In this document: positions 57,398 to 64,000 of the stretch, in pieces
Numbering within the stretch: position 1 is the stretch's first letter
How the letters are laid out: each line of letters opens with the position of its first letter
Notes under the pieces: generated by a model
What the model was told of the DNA's origin: nothing
The model's input: the letters and a program-made list of their open reading frames with translations, nothing else
Database searches by the model: none
Assembly (NCBI GenBank): GCA_963666835.2
Contig: CAXXGO010000003.1
Coordinates: 96,001 to 160,000 of the forward strand
Direction of reading: 5' to 3'
Origin: Phycisphaerae bacterium
GTDB taxonomy: Bacteria > Planctomycetota > Phycisphaerae > UBA1845
Length of the DNA: 64,000 nucleotides
Position numbers and translations under genes: made by a program

Positions 57398-58257
57398 TGA
57401 TGACCCTGATCGAGTCCCATGGACCCGGAGGCGGGCGAAGTCTTTACGAGCCCGAACCTGCGGAGATCGTCTCGGTTCAGAAGCTAACCGAGCACGAGAA
57501 TCTCTACGGTTTGAGATTCACGAGCGGGCGGCCGCTCGGGCATGATCCCGGGCAATTCGTTCAGATCTCCTTGTTGGGGATCGGGGAGTGTCCGATCTCT
57601 GTCTGCTCGTCTCCGACGCGGCCGGACACGTTCGAACTGTGCGTTCGCCGGGTTGGGGAGGTGACCGAGCATGTCCATAAACTCAAGGACGGCGATTTGA
57701 TCGGCGTGCGGGGTCCGCTGGGGCACGGCTTTGAAGTCAACGACTTTCACGGCAAAGATGTGCTGATCGTGGCCGGCGGCTTGGGGATTGCCCCGGTTCG
57801 GTCTCTGATCCAGTACATCCTGGACGAGCGGAGCCGGTTCGGAGCTTTTCACCTTTTGTATGGGGCGCGGACTCCGGCGGAGCTGTTGTACCGGGATGAT
57901 GTACTTCGCTGGCGGGAGAGCGATGACGTCAATTTCCACGTTACCGTAGATCGTCCCGACGAGCAGTGGCGCGGGCACAGCGGAGTGGTAACGACTTTGT
58001 TCAGCGAGGTTCCCACCCTCAACCCGGACGAGACGATGGTGGTGATTGTGGGTCCCCCGGTGATGTTCAAGTTCGTGGTGGTGGAGGTGCTGGCGCGCCG
58101 CGTCCATCAGAAGAACATCTATTGTTCGTTGGAGCGTCGCATGAAGTGTGGGGTCGGAAAGTGCGGGCATTGCCAGGCGAATAACGTGTATGTCTGCCTA
58201 GAAGGTCCGGTGTTCAACTACGGACAACTTAAGGCTCTCAGGGAGGCGGTCGAGTAA
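57394..58257 (+). CDS. hydG: group 3b hydrogenase gamma subunit (FAD/NAD(P)-binding)
   Basis: PGQF, RGPLG, GGLGIAP, LERRMKCGVGKCGHC, CLEGPVF. Confidence 0.92.
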   Translation: MMMTLIESHGPGGGRSLYEPEPAEIVSVQKLTEHENLYGLRFTSGRPLGHDPGQFVQISLLGIGECPISVCSSPTRPDTFELCVRRVGEVTEHVHKLKDGDLIGVRGPLGHGFEVNDFHGKDVLIVAGGLGIAPVRSLIQYILDERSRFGAFHLLYGARTPAELLYRDDVLRWRESDDVNFHVTVDRPDEQWRGHSGVVTTLFSEVPTLNPDETMVVIVGPPVMFKFVVVEVLARRVHQKNIYCSLERRMKCGVGKCGHCQANNVYVCLEGPVFNYGQLKALREAVE

Positions 58258-59000
58258 TGAAGCCGAAAATCGCCATTTTCAGCCTGACCGGTTGCGAGGG
58301 GTGCTCGTTAGCCATTCTCGAGTTGGAGAATGAGCTTCTGGACATCCTCGGTGCGGTCGAGATCGTCAACTTTCGAGAGGGAATGACCGAGCGAAGCTGG
58401 GATATTGACATCGGCTTTGTGGATGGTGCCGTCTCCACGCCGGAGGATGAGCGGGAGATTGCGCATTTTCGTGAGAGTTCAAAGGTGCTCGTGGCGATCG
58501 GGACGTGCGCCTGCAACGGCGGGCTCAACACGCTGAAGAACTACCAGGACGAGGACGACTATCGCAAGTGCGTCTACGGCGAGAACGCCGAGTGGTTCCC
58601 GACCATTCCGGCCCGCGGTATTTCCGCATTTGTAGATGTCGATTACGAACTGCCGGGCTGCCCGATGGTCAGAGAGGAGTTCCTGGCGTTCGTTAAGGCG
58701 GTGCTCGCGGGACGGAAGTTCCGATTACCGGAGTACCCGGTGTGTGTCGAGTGCAAGAAGAAGGGTAACCTGTGCCTCTACGAAAAGGGGGTTATCTGCC
58801 TCGGCCCGGTGGCCCGGGCCGGCTGCGGGGCTATCTGCCCGTCCTACGGATACAAGTGCGAGGCGTGCCGCGGGTTGGCCAGCGATGAGGCGGTGGCGGC
58901 GGCTGAGGTGAACCTGCGAGAACAGTATGACATTGATGTTAAGGATATCCTTGCGGACTTGCAGATGTTCGGGGCCTACCAGGCCAAGACTCTGCCGTAA
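58257..59000 (+). CDS. hydD: group 3b hydrogenase small (delta) subunit
   Basis: CEGC, GTCA, PGCP, VCVECK, CLGPV...CGAICP...CEACRG. Confidence 0.92.
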   Translation: MKPKIAIFSLTGCEGCSLAILELENELLDILGAVEIVNFREGMTERSWDIDIGFVDGAVSTPEDEREIAHFRESSKVLVAIGTCACNGGLNTLKNYQDEDDYRKCVYGENAEWFPTIPARGISAFVDVDYELPGCPMVREEFLAFVKAVLAGRKFRLPEYPVCVECKKKGNLCLYEKGVICLGPVARAGCGAICPSYGYKCEACRGLASDEAVAAAEVNLREQYDIDVKDILADLQMFGAYQAKTLP

Positions 59001-59048
59001 TGGAATGACCGTAACCGGATCAACTAATCGGCCGAAAGGAGGCCTTCC

Positions 59049-60353
59049 GTGAAGAATGTCACCATCGATGTCAAACACGTGACTCGAGTTGAGGGCCACG
59101 GGAACATCGCCGTGACCGTCAGCAACGGAGAGATCACCAGGCTGCAACTGCAGATCGTCGAAAGCCCGCGGTTTTTCGAAGCGTTTCTTCGGGGCCGGCG
59201 GTGGTACGAGGCGCCGCACATTACCTGTCGGATTTGCGGAATCTGCAGTGTGGGGCATACTTCGGCTTCGGTCCAGGCTATTGAGGCAGCCACTCAGATC
59301 AAGGTCACTGACCAGACCAGGATGCTGCGTAAGTTGCTCGTTAACGGCGAGGAACTGCAGAGCCATTACCTGCATCTGTACTTCCTGGCCGTTCCGGACT
59401 TTCTGGGCGTGGGTTCGGTTATTCCGTTGGCCTCGACCCATCCCGACGTCGTCAAACGTGCTCTGCGGATGAAGCGTTTGGCCAACGACATCTGTGGGAC
59501 CGTGGCCGGTCGGCACATCCACCCGATTGCGGTGGCTCCTGGGGGGATGACGCATTTGCCGCGGGCGGAGGACCTGCTGGGTCTGAAGCGGCGTTTGGAG
59601 GCGTCCCGTGCGGATCTGTTGGAGACCGCTAAGCTATACTCGTCACTGGAAATTCCCGATTTCACCCGCGAGACGGAGTTCGTTTCGCTCAAGGTCCCGG
59701 GCAATGGCGAGTACGCGTTCTACGACGGTGACATTGTTTCGACACTGCAGCCGGAGCCGACCAAGGTCGCCGATTATCGCGAGCGCGTAATCGAGACGGT
59801 GGTGGAGCATTCCGCGGCCAAGCACACCAGGTCGCCGAATTCCTCAAGCTACATGGTGGGCGCGCTGGCCCGGTTCAATAACAACGCCGCCCAGCTTCAT
59901 CCGGAGGCGAAGAAGGTCGCGAGCATGGTCGGGCTCGAACCGGTTTGCCACAACCCGTTCCACAACAACACCGCGCAGTTGATTGAGTGCGTTCACTGCA
60001 CGGAGGACTCCATCGAGCTGATTGACACGCTGTTGACGCAAGGGCTGAAAGAGGAGACTTTGGTCGAGCCGCAGTCGTTCGGCAAGGGGGCGGGCTCGTC
60101 GGATGTTCCCCGCGGGATTCTGTTCCACGAGTATGAACTCGACAGCGACGGCAAGATCTCCGGGGCCAACCTGATCATTCCGACCGGGCAGAACCTCGCC
60201 AATATCGAGGACGATATGCGGGCGATGATGCCCGAGCTGCTGGAATCGGGAATGACCAAAGAGGAGATCACGCTGCGCCTCGAGATGCTTGTGCGGGCTT
60301 ACGATCCGTGCATCTCTTGTGCGACGCACTTTTTGGACATCGACTGGCAGTAG
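59049..60353 (+). CDS. hydA: group 3b [NiFe]-hydrogenase large (alpha) subunit
   Basis: RVEGH; L1 RICGICSVGH; PRG; L2 RAYDPCISCATH followed by a short C-terminal extension. Confidence 0.95.
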   Translation: MKNVTIDVKHVTRVEGHGNIAVTVSNGEITRLQLQIVESPRFFEAFLRGRRWYEAPHITCRICGICSVGHTSASVQAIEAATQIKVTDQTRMLRKLLVNGEELQSHYLHLYFLAVPDFLGVGSVIPLASTHPDVVKRALRMKRLANDICGTVAGRHIHPIAVAPGGMTHLPRAEDLLGLKRRLEASRADLLETAKLYSSLEIPDFTRETEFVSLKVPGNGEYAFYDGDIVSTLQPEPTKVADYRERVIETVVEHSAAKHTRSPNSSSYMVGALARFNNNAAQLHPEAKKVASMVGLEPVCHNPFHNNTAQLIECVHCTEDSIELIDTLLTQGLKEETLVEPQSFGKGAGSSDVPRGILFHEYELDSDGKISGANLIIPTGQNLANIEDDMRAMMPELLESGMTKEEITLRLEMLVRAYDPCISCATHFLDIDWQ

Positions 60354-60358
60354 CCGTT

Positions 60359-60844
60359 ATGCCCCCGCCGATTCGGATTGTCGGTTGCGGGCGCCGGTCG
60401 ATGGGGGACGACCAGGCTGGGCTGCTGGTCGCCGAGCGCTTGTGGCAAATGCACCTGCCCCGCGCCGAGGTTGTGGTCGACGAAGCTCCCGGAAGCGAGC
60501 TGGCCGGCGGGCTCTCCGAAGAGGTCGAGTTACTCGTGGTGGTCGACGCCGCTTTGGCCGATGCCGTGCATGCCGCCGGGTCGTTCGAGCGTATCGACTA
60601 CCGATCCAACCCTCAGATCATCAAATCGAGGACACGCGCCGATACCCATTCGTTGAGTGTCGCTACGGGGCTGGAACTGGCCGAGACGCTCGGTCTTCTT
60701 CCGAAGACCGTCTGGGTATACGCGATCTTCGGAAAGGACTTCACGCGCCGGCTGGACCTTTGCCCCGAGACCGCCGCCGGCATTGAACCGCTGGCCGAAC
60801 GGATAAAGAGCGACCTGGGCAATTGGCCAGCCGCTGGCAAGTGA
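60359..60844 (+). CDS. hydrogenase maturation protease
   Basis: GCG...GDDQAG, VVVDA, TH motif; directly after the large subunit. Confidence 0.92.
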   Translation: MPPPIRIVGCGRRSMGDDQAGLLVAERLWQMHLPRAEVVVDEAPGSELAGGLSEEVELLVVVDAALADAVHAAGSFERIDYRSNPQIIKSRTRADTHSLSVATGLELAETLGLLPKTVWVYAIFGKDFTRRLDLCPETAAGIEPLAERIKSDLGNWPAAGK

Positions 60845-61002
60845 CCCTAGACCTGTGGAATCCCCGTCCTTCCGGCGAGGGTTGTATGTAGAGTCAGCGA
60901 GTTTTCGCGCGGCAAGTCCAGGGCGGTGCCGCGCTGCGGCAATCCTCGCCGCACCATGCAAGCGCGGTAGGGCGTGCGCTTACGCGGTGGTTGCCCGGCC
61001 GA

Positions 61003-61743
61003 TCACAGCGTGTTGTATGCCCCGACCACGTGACTGCATAGTAGGTTCGCGAAGCGCTCAAATGTCAAGTCCCGCGCCGGTTCTACGAAGCGACCCCGCG
61101 CCCCGCCCGGTTTGCTCGACAGAAGTAGGCACGCCGCATCGTAGCAGCGCTCGCGCATCAAGCGTCGCACCGACTCCTCACAGCGGCGAGCATACGATGC
61201 CTCGCGGTAGTACTCAAAGACCGGGAAGTGCTTTTCGTGGACGCCGACCGGACACGTTGAGGCTTCCGCTTCCTCCAGTAACATCAGGTAGCCGAGGAAC
61301 GGGCGCGGCGACGTCTGGAATGCGCCTTCTCGGTAGGCAGTCCAGAGGTCGCTTGAATTGCCGACTGCTTCCTCTACGCGGTTGTTGTAGTTGTTGCCGA
61401 ATGAGGGGCCGCAGAGGGATTTGAACTCAACTGCCGCCAGCAGTGACCCGCCGGCTACGACAACGAGATCCCACTGTTTGGTAGGTCGGAAGAAGCCCGG
61501 AAGCGTAAGATCGTTTCGTCCCGTGTGGAAGATCATGTCCGCAGGCAGCCCTTCCTCAGCGAGCAAACCCGCAACGAGTTCGGTGAACCCATCCAGTTGT
61601 TTGCCTCCGGTTGCGGCCGTGCGATTACCGTAGTCACGTTTGCCCGTAAGTGAGCCCCGGTGCTTCTTCTGCCTTGTTCGGGTCTTCCAGAAGTGCTTGA
61701 CGGCGGCTGCGATTCGAACCTCAATGTTTTGCATCATCAACAT
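61003..61743 (-). CDS. PaeR7I/XhoI-family type II restriction endonuclease
   Basis: TGGKQLDGF, LPGFFRPTKQWD, EFKS, SFGNNYNNRVEEA. Confidence 0.9.
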   Translation of the reverse strand: MLMMQNIEVRIAAAVKHFWKTRTRQKKHRGSLTGKRDYGNRTAATGGKQLDGFTELVAGLLAEEGLPADMIFHTGRNDLTLPGFFRPTKQWDLVVVAGGSLLAAVEFKSLCGPSFGNNYNNRVEEAVGNSSDLWTAYREGAFQTSPRPFLGYLMLLEEAEASTCPVGVHEKHFPVFEYYREASYARRCEESVRRLMRERCYDAACLLLSSKPGGARGRFVEPARDLTFERFANLLCSHVVGAYNTL

Positions 61744-62746
61744 CCGAGGGGATTACGTTGATCTCGGTCTCGCTGAACATGTCGATGGCTTCCGACTTGA
61801 CGCGGCGGCACGCGGCCTTGAAGTACTCCGGATCGATCTCGACCCCGATGCTATTGCGCCCGGATTTTGATGCCGCCAGCGTGGTTGTACCCGTACCCAT
61901 GAATGGATCCAGGACAGTGTCGCCGACGAAGCTGAACATTCGGACTAGCCGCTCGGCCAGATCGAGCGGGTACGGTGCCGGGTGGTGTTTCGTCGATGCA
62001 CCTGTGACCCCGGTCCAGATCTGTTGAAACCACTTCTGATGGTCTTCGGCGGAGATCAGGCTCAGAATCCTCGTTGGCAGCGTTGGCTTGCGATAGCCGC
62101 CCGGTCTGCGCAGCATGAGGATGAACTCGACATCGTTCTTGATGACTGCGTTGGGCTCGTACGGCTTTCCGAGGAACCCGCCGGCACCTTCAACCTCGTA
62201 GACGGCGTTAGCGATCTTGTGCCAGATGATCGGGGCGAGGTTATCGAACCCGATGTTGCGGCAGCGATGCTGAATGGACGAATGCAAAGGCACAACGGTG
62301 TGGCGACCGTTGTTCTTGCGACGGGAAAGGCAGACATCGCCGACAACGCAGATCAGCCTTCCGCCGGGCACGAGCGCGTCGTGGCACCGTTGCCATACTT
62401 GGTCGAGTTCGTCGAGAAAGGCGTCGTAATCTCCAACGTGGCCGAGCTGGCCGGGAGTATCGTTGTATTTCTTAAGTGTCCAGTACGGCGGGGACGTGAC
62501 CACGAGATGTACGGATCCCGGTGCCAGAAAGTCCAAATGCCGGGCATCACCCAGACAGAGATCATGTCGCGTCGGCACTGAGCGGACCGCCGATTCAATC
62601 TGGGCCATTAGACTCCGCTCGCGCGCGATTCTTGGGAGGTCGCGCTGCGGATCCGCCAGGCTGTGGCATGCTTCGGGGATAAGCGACCACAACTCATCTG
62701 TCGCGTCGGTTCGTTCTCTCAGTGTTTTCACGCCGGTCGTGGGCAT
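61721..62746 (-). CDS. site-specific DNA methyltransferase (N4/N6, beta-class motif order)
   Basis: VTSPPY (motif IV) precedes HPAPYP and DPFMGTGTT (motif I); overlaps the endonuclease start. Confidence 0.92.
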   Translation of the reverse strand: MPTTGVKTLRERTDATDELWSLIPEACHSLADPQRDLPRIARERSLMAQIESAVRSVPTRHDLCLGDARHLDFLAPGSVHLVVTSPPYWTLKKYNDTPGQLGHVGDYDAFLDELDQVWQRCHDALVPGGRLICVVGDVCLSRRKNNGRHTVVPLHSSIQHRCRNIGFDNLAPIIWHKIANAVYEVEGAGGFLGKPYEPNAVIKNDVEFILMLRRPGGYRKPTLPTRILSLISAEDHQKWFQQIWTGVTGASTKHHPAPYPLDLAERLVRMFSFVGDTVLDPFMGTGTTTLAASKSGRNSIGVEIDPEYFKAACRRVKSEAIDMFSETEINVIPSDVDDAKH

Positions 62747-63309
62747 ACTGGAGATCCCTCGTGTCCGGTTACGCCAGCCGGCACTATTGTCGTGCCCCCA
62801 GGATGTCTTGCTGTCCCCCACACGTCGTTCGCGTCCGTTCGGTGGGTCATGAGGTTTCGCATCTGGATGCCGGCATTGCCGGAACGGCCGGTTAAGCCCG
62901 GCGTGCCGAGACAGACCAGCATAAAGGGAGCATTACTCGCAACCGCCATAGGCGATTGTTGGCGTTGGGGGGCCGGTGTCAAGCTACGGGAAGTGGCGGC
63001 ATGGGCATGATCCGCGGATTGGTTGTGCAGCAAGGCGGCTGAGGCGGTGCCGCGCGGCCGGATCACCTCATTTTTGCGGGTTTAGCGAAATCGATCGACG
63101 CCTCATCAAGGCTGACTAACAGCGATTGCTCCGTAGATTCGCTGCCCGTTGTTTCGGTCGAGTCACTCACCGCCACCGGTTTTGATCCGAATGACCTCGT
63201 GATTGAGGGCACAGAGCAGTTGGTTGCGTGCCGGGCAGCTCTTCTCGTAAGGAGCCTGAACTATAGGTGTTGCGCCGGGGCAGGCCGGGTTCCCTCGACT
63301 GCCGTCTGG

Positions 63310-64000
63310 CTAGTTCTCCAAATCGGCCAGGTGTGCTTGCAGCGAGGTCTTCTGGGTTAGCAGATCGTCCAGCCGCTCCCGCTCGGCCTCGACGATCTCC
63401 GGCTTGGCGTTGGCGCGGAATTTCTCGTTTCCTAGTTTCGCCTCCTTGCCGGCAATCTGCTTATCGATCTGGGCAAGGGATTTCGTCGTTCGAGCCCGTT
63501 CGGCCTCGTCATTGCTGATGTCGTGGACGAAGATTCGCATCCCGTGTACGGCGATGCTGGCCGCGTTTTTCGGGCGCGTGGCGTCAGCGTCTACCCTGAG
63601 GTTCTCGATCTTCGCCATGTGCTTGACGACGTGTGCTTGGGCCTCGAATGCCGCGGCGTGTTCCGACGGAGGGGCGACGGTTACGTCGACTTTCTGCTTG
63701 GGGGGGATGCTGTGTTGGCTGCGCAACTCCCGTACCCCGCGGGTGGCATCCTGCAGCCCGCCGAAAGTCGCCAGGATTTTCGGGTCGTCCAACGCAGGAT
63801 ATCCTGCCTCAGGCGGAAACTCTGCCAGGATGAGCATCGGGTCAGCCTTAAGGTCGGTGATACCGGGAAGCCCGCGCTGCGGGGTGGTCTTGTTAAGTTC
63901 GCTCCAGATTCGCTCGGTGATAAACGGAAGAGTGGGGTGGAACAGCCGCAGAATCTGATCCATAACGAAGGCCAGCACTTGCTTGGCAGTCCGTCGTTCG
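63310..64000 (-). CDS. valS: valine--tRNA ligase, C-terminal part (5' end outside the window)
   Basis: LRLFHPTLPFITERIW; C-terminal coiled coil KLGNEKFRANAKPEIVEAER. Confidence 0.95.
   Translation of the reverse strand, partial: ERRTAKQVLAFVMDQILRLFHPTLPFITERIWSELNKTTPQRGLPGITDLKADPMLILAEFPPEAGYPALDDPKILATFGGLQDATRGVRELRSQHSIPPKQKVDVTVAPPSEHAAAFEAQAHVVKHMAKIENLRVDADATRPKNAASIAVHGMRIFVHDISNDEAERARTTKSLAQIDKQIAGKEAKLGNEKFRANAKPEIVEAERERLDDLLTQKTSLQAHLADLEN

Noticed and set aside
62850..63300. Controller protein or integrase remnant beside the R-M genes
   Set aside because: No ORF with HTH or recombinase motifs, and no att-like direct repeats found.

Overview
High-GC bacterial chromosomal window, most likely from a Planctomycetota (Phycisphaerae-like) genome. 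That assignment is an inference from the IPTL-CTERM and dockerin-like DxDGDVDLADF C-termini, a HEAT-repeat exported protein, a stand-alone dnaA and several intergenic REP-like palindromes. Left to right: trkH (5' truncated), a metallopeptidase, tag, a complete 1042-bp IS1595-family element with an 8-bp target duplication, a HEAT-repeat protein, a NifU-domain protein, and a four-gene B12 methyl-transfer operon (non-pyrrolysine MttB-family enzyme, MetH activation domain, corrinoid protein, homocysteine methyltransferase). Then come a 14-gene glycan synthesis/decoration cluster, a carbonic-anhydrase-like/archease/rtcB operon, an IPTL-CTERM protein, a DUF3800 gene facing a convergent ~65-nt structured small RNA with its own promoter and terminator, and a 21-repeat beta-propeller surface protein. 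The right half holds a TrmB regulator plus CPBP protease, REP clusters, proS, dnaA, a GNAT, a deaminase, mutS, response regulators, a C2H2-zinc-finger/winged-helix protein, a two-component pair fused to a group 3b [NiFe]-hydrogenase operon, a PaeR7I/XhoI-like restriction-modification pair, and the 3' end of valS. The best candidates for undescribed biology are the DUF3800-sRNA module, the MttB-fed split methionine synthase, and the C2H2-finger putative nucleoid protein. All calls come from motif recognition by eye; no searches were run.
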